A stretch of DNA of 64,000 nucleotides, taken from contig OY729428.2 in assembly GCA_963422375.2 (NCBI GenBank), positions 1,920,001 to 1,984,000 of the forward strand, given 5' to 3'. Every line of letters begins with the position of its first letter. The stretch's first letter is position 1. The translations under genes were made by a program, and so were the position numbers. Below, piece after piece: positions 52,382 through 63,626 of the stretch. The notes under the pieces were generated by a model. The model was not told the origin of the DNA. It saw only the letters and a program-made list of their open reading frames with translations, and searched no databases. This DNA comes from Bryobacterales bacterium. GTDB taxonomy: Bacteria; Acidobacteriota; Terriglobia; Bryobacterales; UBA6623.

Positions 52382-54995
52382 CTACCAGATCACCTTGAGC
52401 GCGAGCTGGAGGATCCGCTCCTTGTTCTGCGTGCCCGATACCGCGCCGAAGTTCGGATTCGAGAAGTTGTTTCCCGGCTGCGCGAAGACCGGCGAGTTGA
52501 ACGCGTTGAAAGCCTCTGCCCGGAAGTCGATGCGCATGCCCTCGCGCAAGGCGTTCAGCGGGAACTACCGGAACACCGAGATATCGAAGTTCGCCGTGCC
52601 GTCCCGGCGCAGGATGTTGCGGCCCGTGTTGCCGAACGTGAATGGCGCAGGCGTCTCGAAGGAGCTGGTGTCGAACCACCTTTCCGGTATGGGGTTGTTG
52701 AACACTCCGTTCCCGCTGACTAAATTCAGCCGCTCGTAGAAGCCGCTGCAGCAGTTGAAGTTGCCCGTGTTGGCGATATCGCCAGACACGCCGACAGTGT
52801 AGGGCGAGCCGGAGAAGAAGGACGCGATGCCGTTGAGCTGCCAGCTGCCGATGATATGGCGGAGCACGCTGCTCGCTGGATCCCATGTCTTGCCCGGCCC
52901 GAAGGGAAGCTCGTAGACCCAGTTGATCGTGACGATGTGCGGGACGTCGATCGCGGCGACGCTGCGGTCGCCCGATAGGTCGTACGGGTTGGGAGTGGAG
53001 CACCCCTCGACTCCGAACCAGCCGTCGCAGGCCGTCGATATGGTCTTCGACCACGTTTACGACACCAAGTAGGCCAAGCCGTTGGAGAACTTCCGGTCCA
53101 GCGAGAACTGGAACGCGTTGTAGTTCGAGTTGCCGATGCTCCGGTCGTAGAATGTCGGAATCGAGAAGGGCCATGGCTGGCGCTCGGTGATCGGTCCGGG
53201 CCCGGGAGTGACCGCCGTTTTGAAGTATTCGCCCACGCCCAGGCGCGTGCCGCTCGAGCCGACGTAGTTCGTCGCGATCACCGTGTCGTCCCGGAGCTGG
53301 TGCTGGAGACCGATATTCCACTGGGCCGAGTAGCCGTTCTGATAGTGCGGATCGATGAACCACTGCACCTGATTGAACGGCGTCGGCGACGGGAACCCGA
53401 CGCCTTCGATGGGGTCCTTCCCGGAGGTGGTTGGCATGGGCTGGTCAGCTGTGGGGGGGTTGTTTAGGTTGTTGGCCAAGATCTCGCCCACGCCCGGCCA
53501 CGTTGCCGAGTAGTTCTGCGCCAGCTGGACCACGGCCGACCAGCTGTCGAAGAACATCCCGAAGGAGCTGCGCAGCGCCGTCTTGTCGCCCAGGCGGTAC
53601 GCGAGGCCGAATCGCGGCTGCCAGTTGTCGGTGTAGTCGTGATAGATCTTGCCTCGCGGCTCCACCTTCACGTGCTCTGGAAGCGAACCGTCCGGCGTCG
53701 GAATGCACGGCGCCGCCCCGAGCTGGTCGCACGGTCCCGGGACCTTCTGGACGAGGTACGAGTTCTCGCGCTCGAAGTCAAACGATCCAGCGTAGATGTT
53801 CCCGCCGGGATCGTCTTCCCGGCCCAGCGGAGGCACGAAGGTGCGGTCGTAGCGCAGCCCGATGTTGATGGTGAGCTTCGGCGTGGCCTTCCAGCTGTCC
53901 TGCGCGTAGAATCCTGCCACGCCGCCCCAGCGGTGCGTGGTCGCCCGGTTGCGGAAGCCGGCTCCGTCCGGCACGTCAAGGAGGAATGACGCCAAGGCGT
54001 TTCCCGTTCCGGAAATCGGTGGATTGCCCGTCTGGAAGGCCCGGTAGGTCGCGCTCGCGTTCTGCGGCGCTTCGAGAAAGTTCGCCACGCTATTGAGCTC
54101 GGCCCCGAACTTGAACGTGTGGTTCCCGACGATCTTCGAGTAGCTACCCTTGTACTATCAGACCTGCGTCAGGTCGTTGGACGAAGCGGCCTCGTTGCCG
54201 CTGAACCAGCCGTCGACATTTAGACCGGGGACGAACACCGTTCCCAACCCGAGCGGGCGGAAGCTGTAGCAGAACCGGCTGGCGAAGCCGACCTGGCGGG
54301 CAAAGGCGGCGTTGTCGCTGACGTACCCCTCGCGGTACAGGGTTGAAGACGGGGAAGTGCCGTAGATGCGCCCGAATTGCAGTTGCATCACGCTCGACGG
54401 GCCGAAGGTATGCACCCAGCTCGCGCCGATGTTCCGCGAGAAGACTTCGGCGAGACGGGCCAGCGACGGCAGCAACGCGACCGAATCGGACTTGAGTCGA
54501 GCCTCGCTCCAGCGGAACCAAAACGTGTCCGTCTCGCTCATGTGATAGTCGCCGCGCAGGCTGAATTCATTCTGGTCGCGCTTCGTCGGGTCGGTGTTCA
54601 GGGCGTTGGTGCCGCCCGGTCCAGAGACGGACGGCTTGGGGAGCAGCGTCTGGGCGTAGGCGACATTGCCTTGGTCGATCCGTGCCAGGGGAATCCGCGC
54701 ATTCTGGAACGCGTCGCGCAGGAAGGTGTCCGGGCTGCTGGGATCGACGCGCGTGGACGCCGGATCGAAGATCTCGCTGGCGGTGTCGGTGAGGTCGCCG
54801 CCGAGATTGGCTGCGGTCGGCACCTTCAGATAGGACTCGCCGGAGCGCCGGTACTTGAATCCTTGGAACGACCCGAAGAAGAACACCTTGTTCCGCGCGA
54901 TCGGGCCGCCTCCGGCGACGCCGTACTGGTTCTGCGTGAAGGGCGTGACGTTGGGCTGGAAGAAGTTGCGGGCGTCGAGGTTGTCGTTGCGCAAA
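52382..54995 (-). pseudogene. TonB-dependent receptor (Oar-like) pseudogene, 5'-truncated
   Basis: LRNDNLDARNFF..NQYG..GGPI, QDSWK, PRFGLAY, QLALKVIW. In-frame stops TGA 54158-54160, TAG 54155-54157, TAA 53057-53059, TAG 52565-52567; N-terminal domains missing. Confidence 0.9.
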
Positions 54996-56460
54996 TACAA
55001 GACCGGCCCAGCCCGTTGGCATGCACCGCGTGCCTTGAATGCCTGGCGATGCCCCACATCCCGCGCTCGCAGTGCTTCTGGTCCGATGACAGGAAACCAC
55101 GACGGCTCGACATTGTGCCCCGGGGCGTCCCGCCAAGCCCTCTCCTGCTGCATTCGGGGCGAAGTAACAAGGGTCGTCGCGGCGAAAACGGGTTCCGTCC
55201 GGATGGTAGTTCCAGAAGATGTACTCGGCGCAGTCCGACACGATTCCCGGGATCCACTGGTCGAAGAGGCGCTTGCACTCGTCATCCAGCTGGGCGCGCA
55301 CCGGCTTCAGGTAGTTGCGCAGCAACCCGTCGATCTGAGGCAGAGTGGGGATCCAGCCGTTGATCGTATCCAAGGACATGATCTCGGGATGCCCGTAGCC
55401 TTGGATTTCCGACGCGCAGGGATCGGCGACCGCCCGGAAGTGGTTGGTCCCGTAGACGGGACCCTTGTAGGGCCCGATACTCTTGGACTCGATGATCCGT
55501 CTCCAGAGCGCCCAGCGAACCGAGGTTGGGCGTCGTGCCGGTCTCTTGGCCCTCCCCGGCCAGCGGGGCCCAGTACGGCTCCTTGTAGCCGAAGGACGCG
55601 TCTAGGAAGTGCGAGTCGCCTCAAACCCCGTCGGCGAGCTTCAGGTCGAATGCGCGCCGGCGGAAGATGTAGCGCCTTGGGCTGCTCTCGGGGATGAGCA
55701 GCGGCGTGTCGACTGTCGGCCGATGCGGCTGCGTGCGCTCCTTGGGCTCGCCTTCGTCGGACGCCAATCCCCGTCGGAGATCCCGCGCATGGCTTGAAGC
55801 TCTCGCCTCGTCCCGCCGAGGCCTTGGAACTCATTCGCGCGGATGATCCAGTCGTCGAACGCTAGGTCGGACGCCTTACGCTAGCGACCTGCATCAGCCT
55901 TGTTTGCAAGTTGCATCGTTCGTCTCGCCGCAACCGATCCCGGAAGGAGACGCTCCCCGCGAGCGACAGGCCTAGCTGTCCAAGGTCAGGCCTATACCGG
56001 GACTAGGCTCTCGGGGAATCAGGTTTCCTCATTCTCAGCAATGCCCCCGCGGTCTTCCGGGCTGCCTCGGCCCCCAGATGAGGAGTGCCGGTCCCTCTGG
56101 AAGTCCGCTAGGACTCGGCTGACCGCCCGCCGGTCCCCGGCGCCGAATCGCTGCTAGATGTTCCCGCGATGCTGCACGACGTCCCAATGCCCGTCGGATC
56201 CTGCGGGCCGGTCCTCAGTGCGGCACTCTGAGTCTTGCCCAGCGAGTGGGGGGCCAAGCTGCGAGATCCCCGGCGAATGAGGTTGTCCCGAGGAATGAGC
56301 CGATGGAAGCGCGCCGTCGGAGGCTGAGTCCCGCTGCAGGCGGTGCATCAGGCCGCGGGAGCGGCTGGGATGGGTGCCGAAACCCTAATCGGGGTGCTCG
56401 CGTCTCCACTGGCAGGGAGTCCGCGTTGGAACCTCCTCGGGCAACCCTGATTGCATAGGC

Positions 56461-58881
56461 GTGTCCGACTCGTCGCCGCCGAAGTCCGACCGGGCTACGA
56501 TTGCAGAGATGCGTTGCGGTCTTGTGGCGGTCGCGGTCGCCCAGTGCGCGGCTCTGTGGCCGCAGCTCGGGGCTGCCCCGGGCCTGCTTTCCGTCGGCGG
56601 CGGCCGAGCGGTCGTTCGACCGAGCCCGCGGGTGGCTCTCGAGGCAGGCGAGGGGTTCACACCGGTTTCGGGCGCAGCCGGGATGGAATGGTCCGGCCGG
56701 CTGACCATCAGCAGGGCAGGGGAGTACCGATTCTTCGTGCCGTCCGGTTCGCTGCGTATAGCTGGTTCCGAGATAGGCCCCGGTCCGGTGAGCCTGCCGG
56801 CCGGGAAGCACAAGTTCGAGTTCCGGCACGAACGCGAGCCCGGCCCCAGGCGCGTCGCCGTTGACTGGGAGGGGCCCGGTTTCCGGCGCGAGCCGGTTCC
56901 CGCCCGCCTCTTCTCCCACGGCGAGGGAGGCCCGGATGCTCTTGACGGACGCCAGCTCTTCGAGGACTTGGGCTGCTCCAACTGCCACCTTTCGGACTCG
57001 CAGTCGGTCGCGAAGCGACCGGGTCCGGTGCTGACAGGCCTCGGATCTCGCGTCAATGCATCTTGGATCCGCCACTGGCTCGACGCTCCCCAGGCCTTCC
57101 GCAGCTGGGCGACCATGCCGACCATGCTGTCCGCATCGGAGCGAGCGGACGTAGCGGCATTCCTTTCCGCGCAGGCCGGCCCGGCCGTGGAGGAGCCTCG
57201 CGCCACCGAGACCCACCTTAGGAGCGGCCGGACGACGTTCCAGTCATTCGGATGCGCGGCATGCCACGGGGACGATCTGCCGCTGGACGGCTTGGGCTCG
57301 AAGGCAACAGTCGGGAGCATCCGGCAGTACCTTCTCGACCCGCTGCGCTACTCGCCCGACGGTCGAATGCCATCGTTTCACTTGGACGGGCAGGAGGCGC
57401 TCGAGCTGGCGGCGTTCCTGGCGGCGTCGCGGAACGAGGCTTTCGATGATGCGGTGTCCGGTGGTGATGCGGCCGCGGGCCGGGGGCTGGTCGCGAATTC
57501 CGGATGTCTGGCATGCCATGCGCTTGACGGACTCCGGTCCCGGAGCAGCGCGCCTCCGCTCGCGTCGCTGGACGAGACGGCGGGCTGCTTGGCCGACAAC
57601 CTTGCTTCGAGCTTGCCGCGCTACCGCTTGGACGCTCCCCAGCGCGACGCGCTGCGCGAATTCGTTTCCGGCTACCGCGCCCGCCCGGACGAGGTGCCCG
57701 CTCCGACTTTCGACCTCCCGCGACGCCTGAGACAGCTGCGCTGCCGCGCCTGCCATGAAATCGACGGCAGGCCTCCGGCCGGGTCCGTGCCCGAAGCGGC
57801 TCCTCCCCTGACGGGCGCGGGCGACAAGCTCCGCGCGGAATGGATCGAACGGGCCGTCGAAGGGAAAACGCGAACACTTGACTGGCTGGAACTGCGGATG
57901 CCCGGCTTCGGGCCGTCCCATGCCGCCTGGCTGGCGGACGCGCTGGCCAAGGCCAGCGGCGTCATTCCCGGTGATGCTGGCGGGTATGTGCCCGACGGCG
58001 CCGCCGCGACCGGCCGCCACCTGCTCGGCGTGGACGCATCTACGGGTGGAATGGGCTGTATAGGGTGCCATGGCTGGGGCGAGTACCCCCCGCTTGGCGA
58101 GAACGGCCCCAATCTCCTCACGGCTGGCCGCAGGCTCCGGTCCGGCTGGTTCCGGCGCTGGATGATCGATCCGTCCCGGATTCTCGCCGGCACGTCCATG
58201 CCTAACATGTTCGGAGGGATTGAGAGCCCGGCGACGCTGCGAGCGATCAGCGACCTCTGGGCGGCATTCCGTGCCGCTCCCGACCTGGCGCTGCCGTTCG
58301 GCTTCGAGGCGGACGCTGCGGCCGACGAGGAGTCGCTGCCGGTACCGACCGACCGCCCCATCGTCGTGCGCTGGGATATGCCCGAGGCGACCCCCGCGGC
58401 GATCGCGGTGGGTTTTCCGGGCGGTTTCTCGTATTGCTTTGACGCGGGGGAATCGAAACTGATCTATGCGTGGCGCGGAGGATTCGTCGACATGGCGCCG
58501 GTCCTGCTCGCGAAGAAGAACAGGCAGACCAACCTGACCGAGACAGCGGCGATCGTAGGCGATATCTTCTTTCGCGAGGGCCGGTTTCCGATTCGTGTCG
58601 GCGAGCGCATGCGCATTCCGCAGCGGCGGTTCCGGGGGTACCGGTTGATCGACTCGGTTCCGGAATTCCGCTACGAGCTGGATGGAGTGGACGTCTACGA
58701 GCGCATCGTCCCGACCGAGGGTGGCTTCTCGCGCGAGTTCCGGCTCGAAGGGGTCGACAAGCCGATGCGATTCGTGCCCGCGGAGACCGACGGCGTGGAG
58801 ATTCGCTCCTCGCTTGACGGGAATCTCATTCCGCCGGGCGAGCGAGTCCTGTTCGAGGTCGCCGTTGTCGCGGCGCACTAG
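56461..58881 (+). CDS. Multiheme c-type cytochrome (5 CxxCH) with PA14-like N-terminal domain
   Basis: CSNCH, CAACH, CLACH, CRACH and CIGCH, several followed by MP axial-ligand motifs; WSGRL.I..G.Y.F..GKH..W.GPG segment. Confidence 0.85.
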   Translation: MSDSSPPKSDRATIAEMRCGLVAVAVAQCAALWPQLGAAPGLLSVGGGRAVVRPSPRVALEAGEGFTPVSGAAGMEWSGRLTISRAGEYRFFVPSGSLRIAGSEIGPGPVSLPAGKHKFEFRHEREPGPRRVAVDWEGPGFRREPVPARLFSHGEGGPDALDGRQLFEDLGCSNCHLSDSQSVAKRPGPVLTGLGSRVNASWIRHWLDAPQAFRSWATMPTMLSASERADVAAFLSAQAGPAVEEPRATETHLRSGRTTFQSFGCAACHGDDLPLDGLGSKATVGSIRQYLLDPLRYSPDGRMPSFHLDGQEALELAAFLAASRNEAFDDAVSGGDAAAGRGLVANSGCLACHALDGLRSRSSAPPLASLDETAGCLADNLASSLPRYRLDAPQRDALREFVSGYRARPDEVPAPTFDLPRRLRQLRCRACHEIDGRPPAGSVPEAAPPLTGAGDKLRAEWIERAVEGKTRTLDWLELRMPGFGPSHAAWLADALAKASGVIPGDAGGYVPDGAAATGRHLLGVDASTGGMGCIGCHGWGEYPPLGENGPNLLTAGRRLRSGWFRRWMIDPSRILAGTSMPNMFGGIESPATLRAISDLWAAFRAAPDLALPFGFEADAAADEESLPVPTDRPIVVRWDMPEATPAAIAVGFPGGFSYCFDAGESKLIYAWRGGFVDMAPVLLAKKNRQTNLTETAAIVGDIFFREGRFPIRVGERMRIPQRRFRGYRLIDSVPEFRYELDGVDVYERIVPTEGGFSREFRLEGVDKPMRFVPAETDGVEIRSSLDGNLIPPGERVLFEVAVVAAH

Positions 58882-60391
58882 AAGCCGGCTCCGGCGCGGA
58901 TGCGCTGTCGCGGTCGTCTCTGCGTGGGCTGTCGCGGCCGTCGCGCAGGTCCCGGGCAGCTCGTACAGGGTCGAGACGGTGCCGGGGCCGCGGAACGTCG
59001 AGCCCGAGATCAGCGCGGTCGCATTCGGGCACGACGGCAGGCTGTACGCGGCGTTTCGCCGCGGCTACATCTATTCGTTCGACCCCGGCTCGAATCGCTG
59101 GAGGCGCTTCGCCGAGGGCCTGCACACCCCGCTCGGCATCGTGCGCGGGAAGCGCGCCGGCGAGTTCCTCGTGGCGCAGGTGCCCGAGCTCACCCGCGTC
59201 GCCGACACGGATGGCGACGGCGAGGCCGATCTCTTCGAGGCCGTTGCAGACGGCTGGGGGCTGTCCGGGAACTATCACGAGTTCATCGCCGGCCCGGTGC
59301 TCGACGCCGCGGGCAACCTTTACGTGTCGCTCGGCTTGGCGTCAGGGAACGCCGACCCGCGGCCGCCGGCGCGGGGCGAGCTCGCCAAGGGCCCGCGCAC
59401 GGCGGCGCAGCCGGTCGAGGGCAAGGTCAACCGAGTCGGGCACTACTCCCCGGTGCCGTATCGCGGCTGTGCGCTGCAGATCCGGCCGGACGGCAGCGTC
59501 CGGCCCTTCTCGTGCGGATTCCGCCAGCCGAACGGCCTTGTCGCGAGTCCCGAGGGCGAGATTTTCGCCACGGACAACCAAGGTGACTGGGTCGGCACCT
59601 CGCCCCTGCACCACGTCACCGAGGGTGCCTTCCACGGCCATCCGGCGTCTCTCCGCTGGCATCCCGAGTTCCTCGAATCGAATCCCGTCGAGGCCGACGT
59701 GGCGGACCTGGACCGTCGGCGCAAGCGCCCGGCGATCCTCTTCCCGCAGGGCGAGATGGGCGGCTCCACGGCCGGGCTGGCCTTCGATCTCACCGAGGGG
59801 GCCTTCGGGCCCTTCGGCGGGCAGCTGTTCGTGGCCGAGTGGACCTATCCGCGAGTGCTGCGGGTCGACCTCCAGAGGGTCCGGGGACAGTACCAAGGGG
59901 CCGCGTTCCCCTTCGTCGACGGCGGCGGCCTGCGCATGGCGAACAATCGCCTCGCCTTCGCGCCCGACGGGCGCAGCCTCTACGTCGCCCAGACCTCGCG
60001 GATCTGGGGCTCGACCGAGGGCCTCCAGCGAATCGCATGGCAGGGCCGGGAGCCCTTCGATATCCTCTCGATGCGCCTCACGCGGGCGGGCTTCCGCCTG
60101 CGCTTCACCAAGCCGGCCGATCCGGAGACCGCGGCGGACCCTGCCCGCTACTCGATGACGCGCTACTACTACCGCTACCACGCTGCCTACGGCTCGCCGA
60201 AGACCGAGGTCACGCCGGTCGCCGTGAAGTCTGTCGCGCTCGCCGACGACGGCCTGGCGGTGTGGCTGGAGGTCGAGGACCTCCGCGAGGGCTGGCTCTA
60301 CGACTTGCGCCCGGTCTCGATTCGCAGCCGGGAGGGCGAGCCGCTTGCCGCGAGCATGGCGGCGTACACGTTGAACCGCCTCGTCGAGTAG
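58865..60391 (+). CDS. Secreted beta-propeller protein (sugar dehydrogenase-like)
   Basis: EGLHTPLG, DTDGDGEAD, GNYHEF, GFRQPNG, DNQGDW, F.GQLFV; likely TTG start 58865 after GAGG. Confidence 0.8.
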   Translation: MSRRTRSRLRRGCAVAVVSAWAVAAVAQVPGSSYRVETVPGPRNVEPEISAVAFGHDGRLYAAFRRGYIYSFDPGSNRWRRFAEGLHTPLGIVRGKRAGEFLVAQVPELTRVADTDGDGEADLFEAVADGWGLSGNYHEFIAGPVLDAAGNLYVSLGLASGNADPRPPARGELAKGPRTAAQPVEGKVNRVGHYSPVPYRGCALQIRPDGSVRPFSCGFRQPNGLVASPEGEIFATDNQGDWVGTSPLHHVTEGAFHGHPASLRWHPEFLESNPVEADVADLDRRRKRPAILFPQGEMGGSTAGLAFDLTEGAFGPFGGQLFVAEWTYPRVLRVDLQRVRGQYQGAAFPFVDGGGLRMANNRLAFAPDGRSLYVAQTSRIWGSTEGLQRIAWQGREPFDILSMRLTRAGFRLRFTKPADPETAADPARYSMTRYYYRYHAAYGSPKTEVTPVAVKSVALADDGLAVWLEVEDLREGWLYDLRPVSIRSREGEPLAASMAAYTLNRLVE

Positions 60392-60402
60392 GCGCCCGCG
60401 AG

Positions 60403-61038
60403 CTAGCGGGGCGAGAGCCGCAGGACGCGGATGCGACGGTACGCGACGCGCATGGGCTCGCCGCGATGAAGCTGCATCGCGAATACGCCGCGGAGCGCGC
60501 CCGGTTCCAGCACGTCGTTGGCGAGGCTGCCGTTGACCCAGATACGGATGCGGTGCCCCTCGCAGCGGATCGCGACGCGATTCCAACCATCCTTCACCGT
60601 GAATTCGGCCTTGTCCTGCCAGCCGTCCAGGATCAGGCCGCCGGGGATCCCTTCCCCGTGCAGGTTGCCCCAGCCCTTGCCGGCGGCGAGGTCGGCTTGG
60701 TAGCCCCGTACCGTCCAGCCGTTCGTGCGCTCGCTCCGGAACTGCATGCCGCTGTTGCCGTTGCGCAGCTTGACCTCAAAGCGCAGCTCGAAGTCGTCGA
60801 ACGCCTCCTTGGAGATCAGGAAGGAATTCCGAGCGAGGGGGCGGCCGTCGGTCGAGCCGACGACCGCGCCGTCCGCGACGCTCCACAGCGTGGGGTCGCC
60901 GTCCCATCGTTCCAAGTCCTTCCCGTTGAAAAGGGGCTCGAAGCCTAGGGCGGCTTCGCCGCGGTCCAGAACGCGCCCGGCCGGTGGACCGGGTGCCGCG
61001 GCCGCGAGAGACGCTAGGAGCAGCGGTAGGACGAGCAC
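60403..61038 (-). CDS. DUF1080 (3-keto-glycoside hydrolase-like) secreted protein
   Basis: LFNGKDL..W, DFEL.FE.K, NSG..FR, GYQAD, WN, NG, Q.H, RI.V. Confidence 0.9.
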   Translation of the reverse strand: MLVLPLLLASLAAAAPGPPAGRVLDRGEAALGFEPLFNGKDLERWDGDPTLWSVADGAVVGSTDGRPLARNSFLISKEAFDDFELRFEVKLRNGNSGMQFRSERTNGWTVRGYQADLAAGKGWGNLHGEGIPGGLILDGWQDKAEFTVKDGWNRVAIRCEGHRIRIWVNGSLANDVLEPGALRGVFAMQLHRGEPMRVAYRRIRVLRLSPR

Positions 61039-61069
61039 GTCGTCGACACCCCGCCTGAGGGAGATCGGC

Positions 61070-62143
61070 TCACGCGGCCTGCGCTGCCAGCGCCTCTGCC
61101 TGGCTGGCGGCCGTGAGGGGCTCGATCATGACGTCGAGACCGCCGTTCAGCACGTCGCTCAGCTGGTGGACTTTCAGTCCGATGCGGTGGTCGGTGATCC
61201 GCATCTCGGGAAAGTTGTAGGTGCGGATCTTCTCGGAGCGATCGCCCGTGCGCACCATGGCGCGCCGCTGCTCGGCCTGCTGCGAGTGCTGCCTCTGGCG
61301 TTCGATCTCGTAGAGTCGCGACCGCAGCACTTGCAGGGCCTTCTTCCGGTTCTTGATCTGGGACTTCTCGTCTTGGCAGGTCACGACCAGCCCGGTCGGC
61401 ACGTGAGTGATCCGGACGGCGGAATAGGTCGTGTTGACGGACTGCCCGCCGGGCCCGGACGAGCAGTAGGTGTCGACGCGCAGGTCATGCTCGTCGACCC
61501 GCACGTCCACCTCGTCCGCTTGGGGCAGGACCGCCACGGTCACCGCCGAGGTATGCACCCGTCCTTGGGACTCCGTTTTCGGCACGCGCTGGACCCTGTG
61601 GACGCCGCTTTCGAACTTCAGCCTGGAGTAGACCCGCCGCCCGGTGACGATGGCGATCAGCTCCTTGATGCCGCCCATTTCGGAATCGCTGCGGTCGGTC
61701 ACCTCGATCTCCCACGACTGGACTTCGGCGTACTTGCAGTACATGCGGAACACCTCGGCAGCGAACAAGGTCGCCTCGTCTCCGCCGGTACCGGCGCGGA
61801 TCTCGAGCACGGCGCCCTTCTCGTCCGCCGGATCCACGGGCAGCAGCAGGGCGCGGATTTCCTCGGCGAGGCGTGCTCGCTGGTCCTGCAGCGACGCGAT
61901 CTCCTCGCGGGCCATCTCCGCGAGATCGGGGTCGCTGTCCTCGAGCATGGGGCGGGTGGCGTCGACCTGCCTGCCGGCTTCCTTCCACGAGCGGTACTTG
62001 TCGACGACCCGGGAAAGCTCGGCGTGCTGCCGGGCGAGCCGCTGGTAGGCCGCATGGTCGCTCAGAACGGCCGGGTCCGCGAGGCGCTCTGACAGGCCGT
62101 CGAAGCGGTTCTCGACTTCCTCGATCTTGCGGATCCATTCCAT
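61070..62143 (-). CDS. prfA: Peptide chain release factor 1
   Basis: EIRAGTGGDEA, ESGVHRVQRVPKTE (PxT), GPGGQ, DRSEKIRTYNFP. Confidence 0.97.
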   Translation of the reverse strand: MEWIRKIEEVENRFDGLSERLADPAVLSDHAAYQRLARQHAELSRVVDKYRSWKEAGRQVDATRPMLEDSDPDLAEMAREEIASLQDQRARLAEEIRALLLPVDPADEKGAVLEIRAGTGGDEATLFAAEVFRMYCKYAEVQSWEIEVTDRSDSEMGGIKELIAIVTGRRVYSRLKFESGVHRVQRVPKTESQGRVHTSAVTVAVLPQADEVDVRVDEHDLRVDTYCSSGPGGQSVNTTYSAVRITHVPTGLVVTCQDEKSQIKNRKKALQVLRSRLYEIERQRQHSQQAEQRRAMVRTGDRSEKIRTYNFPEMRITDHRIGLKVHQLSDVLNGGLDVMIEPLTAASQAEALAAQAA

Positions 62144-62206
62144 GACAGCCTCCGTGCCGCGCGGGCCGCCTCGAGCGCTCTCCGCCTCGACCCGGGCCCC
62201 GCGCCG

Positions 62207-63193
62207 CTAGGCGACAACCGGCCGGCCGCCGGACCGGCGCTCGAAGTCCAGCGCGGCGGTGAGCGCGTGGATCGACACCTCGACTTGGTCGTCGTCGGGC
62301 GGCTTTGTCGTGATCCGCTGCAGCCATAGGCCCGGCCGCACGATGAGAGCGAATGCGCTGTGGGTCTTCCTGGCAGCGAAGCGGATGATCTCGTAGCTCA
62401 CGCCCGCGATCAGCGGCAGGAGGGCGATTCGCGCAAGGAACGAGCTGGCGAATCCTTCGAACGGCAGCAGGGCGTAGGCCGCGATTGCGACCACCATGAC
62501 CACCATCAGGAAGCTTGTGCCGCAGCGCGGGTGCCAGGTTTCGAACGACTGGGCGTTGGCGACGCTCAGGTCCCGGCCGGACTCGTAGTTGAAGACGACC
62601 TTGTGCTCGGCACCGTGGTATTCGAACACGCGACGGATGTCTTTCAGCTTGGAGAGGGCGAACAGGAACGTCAGGAAGATCGCCAGCCGAATAGAGCCCT
62701 CGACGACGCTGAAGCCGAGGCTGTTGTCGAGGACCGGCTGCCATTCCTGCAGCTGCCGGGTGGCCGCGAGCGGCAGGAACTTGTACATGACGATGAAGAA
62801 GCCGATCGAGAAGGCGATGTTGAGCCACATCACCCAGGCCGGGAGCTCGGACTTCTGCTGCGGGTCGGACTTGCCCTCGGCTTCCATGGCCTTCTCGGTC
62901 GAAAAGTTCAGCGCCTTCATGCCGAGCGCCATCGACTGGCCGAGCACGCCGCAGCCCCGGACGACGGGCAGCCTCCAGAACCTGCTTCTCTCGGACAGCT
63001 TGGGCGCGCTCTTCTCCTCGGCAACTATCTGCCCGTCAGGGAGCCGCACGGCGACGCAGTAGGACCGCGGCGTCCGCATCATCACGCCCTCCATCACGGC
63101 CTGCCCGCCGATCAGGGGGTTGTCGCCGCTCTCGAGGGCCGGCAGGAGCTGGCTGCGAGCCCACAGCCGGGCGAAATGGCGAAGTCGGCGCAT
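62207..63193 (-). CDS. DUF1385 family membrane protein
   Basis: GGQAVMEGVMM, F.YHGAEHK, HPRCGTSF, PGLWLQ.ITT. Confidence 0.93.
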   Translation of the reverse strand: MRRLRHFARLWARSQLLPALESGDNPLIGGQAVMEGVMMRTPRSYCVAVRLPDGQIVAEEKSAPKLSERSRFWRLPVVRGCGVLGQSMALGMKALNFSTEKAMEAEGKSDPQQKSELPAWVMWLNIAFSIGFFIVMYKFLPLAATRQLQEWQPVLDNSLGFSVVEGSIRLAIFLTFLFALSKLKDIRRVFEYHGAEHKVVFNYESGRDLSVANAQSFETWHPRCGTSFLMVVMVVAIAAYALLPFEGFASSFLARIALLPLIAGVSYEIIRFAARKTHSAFALIVRPGLWLQRITTKPPDDDQVEVSIHALTAALDFERRSGGRPVVA

Positions 63194-63263
63194 GTCGGTC
63201 CTACTCGAGGCCCGGTCGCTGCCGGGTTCCTCGGCGTCTATCCGCTTAGGATACACTGGGGCC

Positions 63264-63626
63264 GTGAGCGGGCGAGTCTGGGCTCGAGTGCGTCCTGCGA
63301 TCCTCTGGGAATACCGGCGCGGGTCGTGGCAGTACGACATCATCGTAGCGCTCATACTGGCGGTCATTTTCCTGATCCCGCGAAGCTGGTTCAATGATCG
63401 TCCCAGCGCGCCCGTGTTCCACGAGGTCGGGCGCGCGGACGAAACCACCCGGGTGTTCTGGATCGATCCCGGCGCTCTGGACCGGGCGAATCCGGAATCG
63501 GCCGAGTCGCGCATGAAGGACCTGCTGCGAACCTACGCGGGGGAGGACCTGCAGATCGTCCGTGCCGAGCCGGCCCGTGATCAGGCCGGCAACGTCCGCG
63601 CCTACGTGGTGTACGCACGGAAATGA
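63264..63626 (+). CDS. Hypothetical membrane-anchored protein
   Basis: W.Y.RGSWQYDI..ILA.IF..PR..F.D.P; TACACT -10 box 6 nt before the GTG. Confidence 0.7.
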   Translation: MSGRVWARVRPAILWEYRRGSWQYDIIVALILAVIFLIPRSWFNDRPSAPVFHEVGRADETTRVFWIDPGALDRANPESAESRMKDLLRTYAGEDLQIVRAEPARDQAGNVRAYVVYARK

